DNA of 63,379 bases. It comes from Bacteroidales bacterium. Its GTDB lineage: Bacteria > Bacteroidota > Bacteroidia > Bacteroidales > WCHB1-69. This document shows, in pieces, positions 24,631 to 34,311 of this stretch (positions are counted from its first letter, which is position 1; every line of letters begins with the position of its first letter). A model generated the notes under the pieces. It ran no database searches. It saw nothing but the letters and a program-made list of their open reading frames with translations, and was not told where the DNA came from. The position numbers were made by a program, and so were the translations under genes. Where the stretch lies: positions 1 through 63,379 of the forward strand of contig JAZQOJ010000152.1 in NCBI GenBank assembly GCA_045627805.1, in the 5' to 3' direction.

Positions 24631-25524
24631 ATGCAATATCTACACCACGGCGACTGCATCGGCATTGTAGCACCTGCGCGCAAAATCTCAGCCAACGAAT
24701 TGAAACCCGCCATCAACTTTCTGGAACAAAACGGATTCCGGGTGGCTTTGGGTCAACATATTTTCGACAAAGACAATCAGTTTGCGGGCACTGACTCACA
24801 ACGCGCCGCAGATTTCCAATCTATGTTAGACGACGACGAAATCAAGGCAATATGGTGTGCAAGAGGCGGTTATGGATCTGTTCGTATCATTGATTCACTC
24901 GACTTTAGCCGTTTCTGCCAGCATCCGAAATGGATTTGCGGGTACAGCGATGTCACTGTTTTCCATTCTCATCTGCATCAGTTAGGCGTGCCCACGTTGC
25001 ACGCTACTATGCCCATCAATGTGAAACAGGAGGAGTTCGACAACCTGAACAACCGTTCGCTGATACAAGCGCTTACGGGCGGAATGCTGGCCTACACCGT
25101 GCCGGCTTCGGTGCATAACCGGTTGGGAACGGCCACGGCCGAAGTGGTGGGCGGAAACCTGTCGATGCTTTACTCGCTCCTCGCTTCCCATTCCGACATC
25201 CAAACCGATGGTAAGATCCTTTTCATTGAGGATTTGGACGAATACCTGTATCATATCGACCGTATGATGATGGCGCTGAAACGCGCTGGCAAACTGAGCA
25301 AACTGGCCGGACTGATCGTGGGTGGCCTGTCGGATATGCACGACAACACGGTGCCGTTTGGTCGCGATGCGGAGCAGATTGTGGCCGACGCGTGCGCCGA
25401 CTACGCTTATCCCGTATGCTTCCATTTCCCAGCAGGACACACCGACAACAATGTCGCTCTGCGTTTGGGAACGCCCGCCACGTTGTCGGTAAATCCGGGC
25501 GGCTCCACACTGATTTTTTCGTAG
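24631..25524 (+). CDS. ldcA: LD-carboxypeptidase (peptidase S66)
   Basis: GYSDVT nucleophile motif, a C-terminal FP.GH motif, about 297 aa. Confidence 0.85.
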   Translation: MQYLHHGDCIGIVAPARKISANELKPAINFLEQNGFRVALGQHIFDKDNQFAGTDSQRAADFQSMLDDDEIKAIWCARGGYGSVRIIDSLDFSRFCQHPKWICGYSDVTVFHSHLHQLGVPTLHATMPINVKQEEFDNLNNRSLIQALTGGMLAYTVPASVHNRLGTATAEVVGGNLSMLYSLLASHSDIQTDGKILFIEDLDEYLYHIDRMMMALKRAGKLSKLAGLIVGGLSDMHDNTVPFGRDAEQIVADACADYAYPVCFHFPAGHTDNNVALRLGTPATLSVNPGGSTLIFS

Positions 25525-25602
25525 AATCATCACTTTCCCATCTTGATATTTTGCTTGATGAAACTGTAGGCGCAACCTTTCCACTATTCCCCTTATCGGA
25601 AG
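25524..25602 (+). repeat. minimal member of the repeat family (L-like box + inverted terminal motif)
   Basis: gaatcatcactttcccatcttgatatttt resembles the L box ggaattatcccctttcatcttgtaaat. ATTCCCCTTATCGGAAG (25586-25602) is identical to the terminal motif at 20370-20386 (reverse complement). Confidence 0.7.
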
Positions 25603-25673
25603 CTGCCTGGAGTTTTCTAAATAAAAATTGCGAAGAATCTTACTCCGATTGAACTTTTAATCGTAACTTTGCC

Positions 25674-25681
25674 GCCGTTTT
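25674..25681 (+). promoter_or_regulatory. -7 box TAnnTTTG (taactttg)
   Basis: Exact motif 32 nt upstream of the ATG at 25713. Confidence 0.5.
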
Positions 25682-25712
25682 TTGGTAAGTACGAATTATT
25701 TATTTTATTAAT

Positions 25713-27824
25713 ATGAAAAAACTTTTCACACTTCTTATCGGTTTGGCTTTCATTGCCAACAGTATTTTTGCTGCCCCTATTTCCAAAGAATCTGCTGCAA
25801 GAGTTGTCCATAACTTCTTGTTGCAAAAGCAGATGAATAACAAGACCAGCAATACGGACTTTTCCTTTTACAAAACTTTTTACGTTGATAACACTGCGGT
25901 TTACCACGTTTTCACTTTTAATGAAACTGGCTTTATCGCGATCTCTGCCTCCGATCATTTCACGCCGGTACTTTGCTACTCTTTTGAAAGCGACTACCAG
26001 CCCAATGTCGCTTTCGACTTTGCAATGGACAAATACGCCCGCTGGATTGCCTATTGTGAGAAAAACAATCAGGATTTTTCCGCGGACGTGACTTCCGACT
26101 GGGAACATTATGCTGCGCCCGATTTCACGGCGGAACCTCTGCGCGGAATTCCCGTTGTGGGTCCCCTCTTGACCACTTTATGGGATCAGGGACTCTATTT
26201 CAACACCTATTGTCCGTGGGATGCCAGCAGCTATTATGGCGACAGCCGCGTGGTAACGGGCTGCGTGGCCACCGCAATGGGCCAGGTGATGAATTACTAC
26301 GGGCATCCCTCATCCGGCGAGCAGGGTTCTTCGTACATTCCGGAGCCCTATGGCCGTTACACCATTCGTTTTTACGAATATGATTACAATTATGCTTCGA
26401 TGCCCAACAGCCCCAATACTTACTGCAACGAGTTGGCAAAACTGCTTCATCATTGCGGTGTCGCGGTACAGATGGGCTACACGCCTTCTGGCTCTGGCGC
26501 CAACAGCGTGTCAGCCATCGATGCGATGAAACGTCATTTCAAGTACGCTCCTAACGCCCAACTGATGACTCGCCTTTTTTACGACGACAATGATGGTTGG
26601 CACAACGCACTCAAAAGCGAGCTCAACCAGTTGCGCCCGCTCTACTATGCCGCCAATGATGGTCAGGGAGGACACGCCTTTGTGGTGGATGGTTACGACG
26701 AGGACGGAAAGTTCCACGTGAACTGGGGATGGAGCGGCAGCAGCAACGGCTATTTCACCATTTCCGATACCGACAATTCCGATATGCTGGGCTACATCTA
26801 CGGTGCCGAATTTGGCCGCTTCACTTACCCGCGCGAGCAAGATGCTCCGGCTCCGTGTGCCGGTTTCCAACGCAATGATGCCGCTATAGGCAAAATCACC
26901 ACGGGAATGCCCACCTCCCTCTACAGCGCCAACGCCGACTGCCAGTGGATGCTCGCTGCTCCCGAAGCATCGCGTTATACCTTGAAATTCGACCGGCTGG
27001 AAACGGAACAAGATGTGGACATCGTTACCATTTACAATGGCCCCACTCCCGATGCGGGTGTGGCAGGCACTTTCAGCGGTACCAGCTTGCCTACCAGCTC
27101 CATCACTGTGAATGCCGACAGTGTGCTCGTTACCTTCACTTCCAACGCCGAAAACCAACTGCACGGATTTCAAATCAGCTATCAGGCCGTTACCGCTGCT
27201 CAATACTGCGACGACGCTGCCAGCATCACCGGAACCGAAACCGTTACCATCACCGACGGCAGCGGCAACAACCCATACCGCAATAATAGCAATTGCACTT
27301 GGAATATCACGACTCCGAATATGAGCAAATGCTATTTCAGCTTCCCGCAACTCGAATTGGGCGAGGGCGATTTCATTGAAATTTACAACTCCTCAACCAC
27401 TCCCGCCACCCTCCTTTATCGCTTCGACAATCGCAATTATCCGCAGAACGATGTTATCACTTGTGAAAACAGAAAACTGAAAGTTCGCTTTATCGCCGAT
27501 AACTGGAATGTTGGTAACGGTTTCTCTATGACGGTGCAGCCCGTTACAGCCGTGAATGATTATGCCAACATCCTCGACCTGAAAGTTTATCCGAATCCGG
27601 TAAAAGACGTGCTCAATCTCAATTTTGTAACCGAAGAGACGGGCGTTATTGTCTGCGAGATTGTGGATATGAACGGCAAATTGCTTCGCAAGATTGAGCA
27701 ACCGCACCAGGGCGGACTGTTTGAACATCAATTCGGCATTGACGACCTTTCAGAAGGTATTTACTTCTTGCGCATTCGCACGAACGAAGGCAGCACGATG
27801 GAAAAATTTGTGAAAACGAAGTAG
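25713..27824 (+). CDS. C10-family cysteine peptidase with CUB-like domains and T9SS C-terminal sorting domain
   Basis: Catalytic-Cys context VVTGCVATAMGQVMNYY and His context GGHAFVVDGYD...HVNWGW. Two CUB-like C..W modules. C-terminal KVYPNPVKDVLNLNF...GIYFLRIRT. Confidence 0.85.
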   Translation: MKKLFTLLIGLAFIANSIFAAPISKESAARVVHNFLLQKQMNNKTSNTDFSFYKTFYVDNTAVYHVFTFNETGFIAISASDHFTPVLCYSFESDYQPNVAFDFAMDKYARWIAYCEKNNQDFSADVTSDWEHYAAPDFTAEPLRGIPVVGPLLTTLWDQGLYFNTYCPWDASSYYGDSRVVTGCVATAMGQVMNYYGHPSSGEQGSSYIPEPYGRYTIRFYEYDYNYASMPNSPNTYCNELAKLLHHCGVAVQMGYTPSGSGANSVSAIDAMKRHFKYAPNAQLMTRLFYDDNDGWHNALKSELNQLRPLYYAANDGQGGHAFVVDGYDEDGKFHVNWGWSGSSNGYFTISDTDNSDMLGYIYGAEFGRFTYPREQDAPAPCAGFQRNDAAIGKITTGMPTSLYSANADCQWMLAAPEASRYTLKFDRLETEQDVDIVTIYNGPTPDAGVAGTFSGTSLPTSSITVNADSVLVTFTSNAENQLHGFQISYQAVTAAQYCDDAASITGTETVTITDGSGNNPYRNNSNCTWNITTPNMSKCYFSFPQLELGEGDFIEIYNSSTTPATLLYRFDNRNYPQNDVITCENRKLKVRFIADNWNVGNGFSMTVQPVTAVNDYANILDLKVYPNPVKDVLNLNFVTEETGVIVCEIVDMNGKLLRKIEQPHQGGLFEHQFGIDDLSEGIYFLRIRTNEGSTMEKFVKTK

Positions 27825-27826
27825 CG

Positions 27827-28978
27827 CTACCATTTGCCGCCACCGCCGCCTCCACCGAAGCGGCCTCCACCGAAGCCACCAAAACTGCCGCCGCCCATCG
27901 ACGAGCGGCCGCCACCGAAACCTCCCAGTCCGCCATTGCGCGGAAAGGCGGAGGTTGTGGAGTCGCGCAATGCGGCCATTGCGGCTTTTCGAGCTCTCTC
28001 AATCGCCAGTACGCTCAATCCCAGCAAGATCGCCAGTTCCGCCGCATCGGTGATCGCTGTCTCACTGCCCGCAGTGGAAATATTGTTCAATGCGTGTTTG
28101 GAAGCATTCGTTTTTGCATTGTTGATCTCCTCTTCCGACAAGCCCAACTCACGGGCGGTATCCATTGCGACTTCCAGTTGAGAGACACTTTTCGCATACT
28201 CAATGTTATTCAGAGCTTGCGTCCAACAAGCAATTTGTGCCGCAGCCAATTCCCCTTCGCTCGCGCCTGCCGCCTTCGCCGCACAACAGGCCTTATGGAA
28301 AGCCGCTGCTGAACAGGCGTTTTTGGCATTTTTCAGTGCCGCCTTCCGCCGCATACGTTTGGTCGGGTGCTTTTTGAAAAAGCTGTTAATTCCCAAAAAA
28401 GACAGTAGCGCCAGCAGCACTCCGCCAAATCCTCTGGCAGCATCCAACATCTCCTCCTTTTCTTGCTCCCGTTCCCGTTTTTTCAAATCCTCGTAACTGA
28501 ATTCCTTGGCAGCCAGCGGGCAAACGACTTCTATTCCGGCGCAAATTCCTTCGTAGTAGTCGTCGTTTTCAAAATGTGGAATCATATAATCCTCCACGAT
28601 GTGGTGGCAGGTAATGTCGGGCAAAACGCCCTCCAGCCCGTATCCTGTTGCGATGAACGCCTCGCCCGATGTGTTGTTCTTCGGTTTGATAACGATGACA
28701 ATGCCATTGTTTTGGCCTTTCATACCCACTTTCCACGCATCACCGATGCGCTGCGCGTAATCCGCTATTTCATAGCCGTTTAAATCGGGTGTAAGGATGA
28801 GCAGAACAGTATTGTGCGTGGTGTCGTAATAAGCACGCAGCTGGTTTTCCAATGCCGACTCCTCTTTCGATGAGAGCACGTCCGCATAATCGTTCACCAA
28901 ATGTCCCGTAGGTTTGGGAATCTGGGCAAAACAAGCTAACTGACAGAAAGTCAGTAGGAAGAAGATGATTTTTTTCAT
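27827..28978 (-). CDS. TPM-domain (YgcG-like) membrane protein with Gly-rich tail
   Basis: An N-terminal signal is followed by LVNDYADVLS..E...L...L. (TPM phosphatase-like domain). There is a TM segment, and the C-terminal tail is GGFGGGRSSMGGGSFGGFGGGRFGGGGGGG. Confidence 0.8.
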   Translation of the reverse strand: MKKIIFFLLTFCQLACFAQIPKPTGHLVNDYADVLSSKEESALENQLRAYYDTTHNTVLLILTPDLNGYEIADYAQRIGDAWKVGMKGQNNGIVIVIKPKNNTSGEAFIATGYGLEGVLPDITCHHIVEDYMIPHFENDDYYEGICAGIEVVCPLAAKEFSYEDLKKREREQEKEEMLDAARGFGGVLLALLSFLGINSFFKKHPTKRMRRKAALKNAKNACSAAAFHKACCAAKAAGASEGELAAAQIACWTQALNNIEYAKSVSQLEVAMDTARELGLSEEEINNAKTNASKHALNNISTAGSETAITDAAELAILLGLSVLAIERARKAAMAALRDSTTSAFPRNGGLGGFGGGRSSMGGGSFGGFGGGRFGGGGGGGKW

Positions 28979-28996
28979 AAAAATCAGTCGGAATGG

Positions 28997-29581
28997 TTAT
29001 TCGAAACTGACTTCCGGCGCTTGGTCGCTGCCTTCTTTGGCTTTGAAATAAGCTTTTTTGTCGAAATTGAAGATGGAAGCGATGATGTTTTTAGGAAATT
29101 TTCGGATATAGGAATTATAGTTTTGCGCAGATTCGTTGAAATTGCGTCGTGCTACGGCGATGCGGTTTTCCGTTCCCTCCAATTGCGCTTGCAGATCGCG
29201 GAATTGCTCGCTGGCTTTCAGGTCAGGGTATGCTTCTGCGGTGGCGATCAGGCGGCTCAGCGAAGAGCCCAGCGCATCTTGTGCTTGCTGAAACTTCGCC
29301 AGATTCTCTTCAGAAAGGTCTTCCACGGAAAGGTTCAGTGACGTGGCTTCGGCGCGCGCCTTCACCACGGCTTCAAAAGTTGCTTTTTCGTGGGCAGCGT
29401 ATCCTTTCACGGTATTAACGAGATTGGGAACCAAGTCGGCGCGGCGTTGGTACTGGTTCTCAACTTCAGCCCAGGCGCTTTCCGTCGCCTCATCCAAAGT
29501 GGTCATTTTGTTGTAAGAAGAGCAGCTCGAAAAAGTGAGCAGAGCACACGCAATGCCAATCAGAAAAAACAATTTTTTCAT
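28997..29581 (-). CDS. lemA: LemA family protein
   Basis: 194 aa with a lipoprotein-like N-terminus. W..V.NQYQRR.DL.PNLV..VKGY..HE. is the LemA signature. Confidence 0.85.
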   Translation of the reverse strand: MKKLFFLIGIACALLTFSSCSSYNKMTTLDEATESAWAEVENQYQRRADLVPNLVNTVKGYAAHEKATFEAVVKARAEATSLNLSVEDLSEENLAKFQQAQDALGSSLSRLIATAEAYPDLKASEQFRDLQAQLEGTENRIAVARRNFNESAQNYNSYIRKFPKNIIASIFNFDKKAYFKAKEGSDQAPEVSFE

Positions 29582-29627
29582 AAAGATTTTTTATAAGAAT
29601 TGATGAAATGATATGATTTGCAAGTAA

Positions 29628-30209
29628 TTAGCACATTGCCACATTCTTTTCTTTGATAATTTTTCTCAAATTAATCAGGGCATAGCGCATACGTCCCAGC
29701 GCGGTGTTGATGCTTACGTTGGTCTGTTCTGCGATGTCCTTGAAACTGATATCTTGGTAAATGCGCATTTCCAGCACTTCGCGTTGTTCATCGGGGAGAA
29801 GTTTCACCAGTTCGGTGATTTCTGCGTAAACTTGCTCCGTTATCATCTTCTGCTCAATTGATGGGTCGGTTCCGTTGATGAGGTCGAATATGTCAAATTC
29901 GCCATTGGTTTCCACCACGGGCATCCGTTGCATTTTGCGGAAGTAGTCGATTTTCAGATTGTTGGCGATACGCATAACCCATTGCACGAATTTGCCTTCC
30001 TCTTTATAATTTCCGCTGCGCAAAGTATTGATTACCTTGATAAAGGTATCCTGAAAAATGTCTTCCGCCAGTTCGCGATTTTTGACAGACAAAAGAATAT
30101 AAGAGAAAACCTTTTTCTCGTGCCGCTGAATCAAAGTCTTTAAAGCTGCTTCATCACCAGACACATAGCGAGCAATAAGCTCATTATCTGTTAACGCTAT
30201 CTTTTTCAT
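29628..30209 (-). CDS. RNA polymerase sigma-70 family (ECF-type) sigma factor
   Basis: Region 2 (DIFQDTFIKV, WVMRIANN..IDYFR) and region 4 (REVLEMRIYQDISFKDIAEQTNVSINTALGRMRYA). Confidence 0.85.
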   Translation of the reverse strand: MKKIALTDNELIARYVSGDEAALKTLIQRHEKKVFSYILLSVKNRELAEDIFQDTFIKVINTLRSGNYKEEGKFVQWVMRIANNLKIDYFRKMQRMPVVETNGEFDIFDLINGTDPSIEQKMITEQVYAEITELVKLLPDEQREVLEMRIYQDISFKDIAEQTNVSINTALGRMRYALINLRKIIKEKNVAMC

Positions 30210-30308
30210 AATGCTCTCCTTTCTTTTGTCAATAAATTAAAAGATAGAATTTTATCGATAGCGTCCCTCCTATTAATTTTGGTTCGTGATTGTTAATTAT
30301 TGAAGTTG

Positions 30309-30316
30309 CAAAAATA
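30309..30316 (-). promoter_or_regulatory. -7 box TAnnTTTG (tatttttg on minus strand) upstream of sigma factor gene
   Basis: The plus strand reads caaaaata, about 100 nt upstream of the ATG at 30209. Confidence 0.35.
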
Positions 30317-30358
30317 CTACATTTTTTTAAACAACGTTCATTTTGACCAAAATATTTT

Positions 30359-30823
30359 TCACTGGTTTAAATGAAAGCAATCAACAAGAAAATGGGAAGT
30401 TTTTTCCACGTATTCATACATAACGGAATCCTGCATTGTTTCCGATTTCAGAATGTAGCCCTTCGGGTCGGCGGCTTGTATTAGGTACAGCAGCACACCG
30501 CAAATCATAATGACTTTCAGGAAGCCGAAGCAGATGCCCAGAAGCCGGTCAATGAAGTCGGGAACTACGATTTTGACGACGTGGCTCACAAAACGGCTGA
30601 CGAGGAAGGTAATCACAATTGCGGCCAAAAAGATGACGACGAAGGCAATGAGGGTTGAAACGGGGGCTTCAATTTTTTGCGCCAGCAGCGGAGTGAACCG
30701 CACGCTCCATATCGCGACAATGAATGCGAGCAACGAAAAAAGTTCTCTAATCAACCCGTTTTGAAAACCGCGCACGCAAGCCCACAAAGCCGGAATTAGA
30801 ATCAAAATGTCGAGCGTGTTCAT
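30359..30823 (-). CDS. cvpA: CvpA family membrane protein
   Basis: 4-TM small protein. MNTLDILILI..W...RGF.NGLIRE matches the N-terminal pattern of colicin V production proteins. Confidence 0.7.
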   Translation of the reverse strand: MNTLDILILIPALWACVRGFQNGLIRELFSLLAFIVAIWSVRFTPLLAQKIEAPVSTLIAFVVIFLAAIVITFLVSRFVSHVVKIVVPDFIDRLLGICFGFLKVIMICGVLLYLIQAADPKGYILKSETMQDSVMYEYVEKTSHFLVDCFHLNQ

Positions 30824-30824
30824 A

Positions 30825-31577
30825 CTAACTCAGGTCGCGGATGCGCTGTGTGAGCGGCTGGGCGAAAATAAAGTCGTTTAACTTCTCATTGTTGGAAGTC
30901 AGTACGTTGTCTTTGCTGCCACGCCACTCCAAGTCGCCCTGGTAAATGTAGGAAATCGTTTCGCCGATGGTAATCACGGAGTTGATATCGTGAGTGTTCA
31001 CTACAGTGGTGATGCCGAACTCGTGCGTGATGTCAATGAGCAATTCGTCGATGAGCAAAGAGGTTTTCGGGTCAAGGCCCGAGTTGGGTTCATCGCAGAA
31101 CAGGTATTTCGGGTTGCACGCGATGGCACGGGCGATGGCCGCGCGCTTTTTCATACCGCCACTCAACTCCGCTGGGTACAGATAATTGGAATTGACCAGG
31201 TCAACGCGCTGCAAGCAGAAGTTCACGCGTTCCAATTTCTCCTCGTAACTTTGCGAGGTCAGCATCGTGAGCGGAAACATCACGTTGTCTTGAATGGTCA
31301 TAGAATCAAACAAGGCCGCTCCTTGAAACACCATTCCCATTTCCGTTCGTATTGCCTGCTTCTCCTTGGTAGTGAACAAGTTGAAGTTGCGATCGTTGTA
31401 CAAAATCTCGCCCTCTTCCGGCGTGAGCAAGCCAATCAGACATTTCATCATCACGGTCTTTCCCGAACCGGAACGGCCGATGATCAGGTTCACTTTCCCT
31501 TGTTCAAACTGCGTGTTAATGCCCTTCAGCACTTGCCGCTCGCCGAAATATTTTGATACGTTTTTGATTTCAATCAT
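30825..31577 (-). CDS. ABC transporter ATP-binding protein (MlaF-like)
   Basis: Walker A GRSGSGKT, signature LSGGMKKR, Walker B LFCDEP. Adjacent to an MlaE-like permease. Confidence 0.85.
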   Translation of the reverse strand: MIEIKNVSKYFGERQVLKGINTQFEQGKVNLIIGRSGSGKTVMMKCLIGLLTPEEGEILYNDRNFNLFTTKEKQAIRTEMGMVFQGAALFDSMTIQDNVMFPLTMLTSQSYEEKLERVNFCLQRVDLVNSNYLYPAELSGGMKKRAAIARAIACNPKYLFCDEPNSGLDPKTSLLIDELLIDITHEFGITTVVNTHDINSVITIGETISYIYQGDLEWRGSKDNVLTSNNEKLNDFIFAQPLTQRIRDLS

Positions 31578-31631
31578 AATCTAAGATGCTCGTTTCTCCA
31601 ATTTCTCTTTTCTCGAATAGGGTCAAATCTA

Positions 31632-32375
31632 TTACAACATCACCGAAGTAATCACAAGATTCAATACAAGGATGATGAACGATGACACTACAATCCCGTT
31701 CACATTGGCCTTGCCCAATTCCAATGCACCGCCATCAATTCTGTAACCGAAAAATGATGATACTGAGGATAATACGAATGCAAAAATCGTTGTTTTTGTC
31801 AAAACGTAAACCAAATCGTACATTCGGAAAAAGGAGGTAAGCCCATCGATGAACTCGTAGGGCGAGGAAACGTGCGTGACGATGACGGTGATATAGCCGC
31901 CCACGAGGGCGAAAAAGATGGCAATGATAATCAGAATGGGTATGACAATCAGGGCGGCGACCAATTTGGGAAGCACGAGATAAGATGCCGAATTGATACC
32001 CATAACTTCCAGTGCATCAATTTGTTCTGTCACGCGCATACTGCCGATTTCAGATGTAATGCGCGAACCGAGGTTGCCTACCAATAGCAAAGTGATAATG
32101 GTGGGACACAATTCCATCACAACGGAAGTTCTGACCGTGAAACCGAGTGTCCACTTGGGAATCCACGGACTCTCAATCTGGAGCGCGGTTTGCGTCGTGA
32201 TAACGCTTCCCATACAAACTGCCACGATGCACACAATCAGCAGCGATCCCACTCCCATTGAGTTCATCTCGTCAATTAGTTTCCTAAAGAATTCGGAAGT
32301 CTTGGCGGGTTTTGAGAACACTTTCTTCAAAAAAAGAAAGTACTCACCAATAATTTCTAAAAAATTCTTGATCAT
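31632..32375 (-). CDS. MlaE-family ABC transporter permease
   Basis: 247-aa multi-TM protein with the EIGSMRVTEQIDALEVMG motif typical of MlaE/Ttg2B permeases. Confidence 0.85.
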   Translation of the reverse strand: MIKNFLEIIGEYFLFLKKVFSKPAKTSEFFRKLIDEMNSMGVGSLLIVCIVAVCMGSVITTQTALQIESPWIPKWTLGFTVRTSVVMELCPTIITLLLVGNLGSRITSEIGSMRVTEQIDALEVMGINSASYLVLPKLVAALIVIPILIIIAIFFALVGGYITVIVTHVSSPYEFIDGLTSFFRMYDLVYVLTKTTIFAFVLSSVSSFFGYRIDGGALELGKANVNGIVVSSFIILVLNLVITSVML

Positions 32376-32399
32376 TACGATTCGGATTATATCATCATA

Positions 32400-33431
32400 T
32401 TAATTGTCAAACAAGTCGGGCTGCTGGCTCACGAGGCGATATTTCCCGAGGTGCTTGTATGCGAGGTCGGTGACTTCGCGTCCGCGGGGAGTGCGCATCA
32501 AGTAGCCCTGCTGAATGAGGAAGGGCTCGTAAACCTCTTCAATGGTGCCTGCATCTTCGCCCACGGAAGTGGCAATGGTGGTAAGTCCCACCGGGCCGCC
32601 CTTGAATTTGTCAATGATGGCTGACAAAATGCGGTTGTCCATTTCGTCGAGTCCGTGTTTGTCCACATTCAGAGCGGCGAGGGCGATTTGCGTGATTTCG
32701 AAATCAATGGCGCCGTTTCCTTTGATTTGAGCGAAGTCGCGCACGCGGCGCAAAAGCAGGTTCGCGATACGCGGAGTGCCTCGGCTGCGGCTTGCGATTT
32801 CCAATGCAGCGTCATCGTAAAGTTCTATTTTTAAGATAGATGCGGCTCTCTTCAAAATCTTCGCCAGCGTTGGAGCATCATAATATTGGAGTCTCAAATT
32901 GATTCCGAAACGGGAGCGGAGCGGAGCGGTGAGCAACCCAGAACGAGTGGTAGCGCCTACCAGGGTGAACGGGTTGAGTGCGATTTGCACGCTGCGGGCA
33001 CTGGGCCCCGACTCAATCATTATGTCAATCTTGTAATCCTCCATCGCGGAATACAAATACTCTTCCACAACAGGCGAGAGACGGTGAATCTCGTCGATGA
33101 AAAGCACATCGTTGGGTTCCAGATTGGTGAGCAGTCCGGCCAATTCACCGGGCTTGTCGATGACGGGTCCGGAAGTGACGCGCACGTTCACGCCCATTTC
33201 GTTGGCGATGATGTGCGACAGCGTGGTTTTCCCCAATCCGGGAGGACCGTGCAGCAGCACGTGGTCGAGCGCTTCCTTGCGGGCGCGTGCGGCCTGCACG
33301 AAGACGATGATGTTCTCAATCACCTTTTCCTGACCGTAGAAATTGTGGAAATCGGCAGGGCGGATCGCCTTTTCGAATTCCTTTTCCGCAGCGGAAAGCC
33401 GTTTCTGAGAAGGATCAAGATTGTTATTCAT
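32400..33431 (-). CDS. ruvB: Holliday junction branch migration DNA helicase RuvB
   Basis: [19 protein letters not shown] and [17 protein letters not shown]-type motifs, 343 aa. Confidence 0.95.
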   Translation of the reverse strand: MNNNLDPSQKRLSAAEKEFEKAIRPADFHNFYGQEKVIENIIVFVQAARARKEALDHVLLHGPPGLGKTTLSHIIANEMGVNVRVTSGPVIDKPGELAGLLTNLEPNDVLFIDEIHRLSPVVEEYLYSAMEDYKIDIMIESGPSARSVQIALNPFTLVGATTRSGLLTAPLRSRFGINLRLQYYDAPTLAKILKRAASILKIELYDDAALEIASRSRGTPRIANLLLRRVRDFAQIKGNGAIDFEITQIALAALNVDKHGLDEMDNRILSAIIDKFKGGPVGLTTIATSVGEDAGTIEEVYEPFLIQQGYLMRTPRGREVTDLAYKHLGKYRLVSQQPDLFDN

Positions 33432-33484
33432 AATGTTATAGTATTATCAAATGTAGTTCTGCCGGGCTGAAATCGCATCTTGGC

Positions 33485-34297
33485 TTATTTGCTTTGACTT
33501 TCTTGATTGTCAACCTCGTCAACATCATTCACGAAGATGTCGTTCAGAGTTTTTTCCAGCACGAGGGGCGAGATGCCGTGCGTGATATCTCCATCGCGGC
33601 ACAGGGAAATGCTGCCCGTTTGTTCCGAAACGACCACTACGACGGCATCAGTGAGCGTGGTGACCCCGATGGCTGAGCGGTGCCGCAATCCGAGATCGGG
33701 CGAAATGTCTTCGCGGTTCGATACGGGCAGAATGCATCTTGCGGCCATAATGCGGCGGTTCTTGATAATCAAGGCCCCGTCGTGTAAAGGGCTGTTTTTG
33801 AAGAAGATATTCTCAATCAGTTCTCTGGATACGATAGCGTCGAGTCGTTCACCCGTGGCGATGAACTCGTCGAGAGGAGTCTCTTTCTCAAAAACGATTA
33901 GCGCACCCGTCTTGGAGTCTGACATACGGCGGCAGGCGCGTACCACCGAGTTGAGCACGGGCTTGAAAACCTCGTTGCGCTGATGGCGGTGCAGGCGGCC
34001 GCTGAACAGTTTCACGATGCGGGTATTGCCTAAAAGCAACAAGAATTTCCGGATTTCCGGCTGGAAAACCACGATTAATGCAATCACACCCACACTGATA
34101 ACCTCGCCTAACACGGCGCTTACCAATGTGAGGTGCGCCGCACTCAGCAATTTCCACAACAAGAAGAGGATCACAATGGTCCAGAAAATACGGATGGCCG
34201 CCGTGCCCCGCAACAATTTGTACAGCTGATACAAAATCAGGGAGAACAGGAAAATGTCAATTGCATCCGCAATTCCGAAACTGAGAAATTCTGGCAT
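33485..34297 (-). CDS. cdaA: diadenylate cyclase CdaA
   Basis: Three N-terminal TM helices plus a DisA_N domain (GALIV, DGA.II.., RHRSA.G.T). Confidence 0.85.
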   Translation of the reverse strand: MPEFLSFGIADAIDIFLFSLILYQLYKLLRGTAAIRIFWTIVILFLLWKLLSAAHLTLVSAVLGEVISVGVIALIVVFQPEIRKFLLLLGNTRIVKLFSGRLHRHQRNEVFKPVLNSVVRACRRMSDSKTGALIVFEKETPLDEFIATGERLDAIVSRELIENIFFKNSPLHDGALIIKNRRIMAARCILPVSNREDISPDLGLRHRSAIGVTTLTDAVVVVVSEQTGSISLCRDGDITHGISPLVLEKTLNDIFVNDVDEVDNQESQSK

Positions 34298-34311
34298 CTT
34301 TTACAATATTA

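Noticed and set aside
27834-28181. Pro-rich ORF (PPPPPPPKRPPPKPPK...) on the plus strand
   Set aside because: It is the mirror image of the Gly-rich C-terminal tail of the minus-strand TPM-domain protein. The TPM gene has a signal peptide and a conserved domain.
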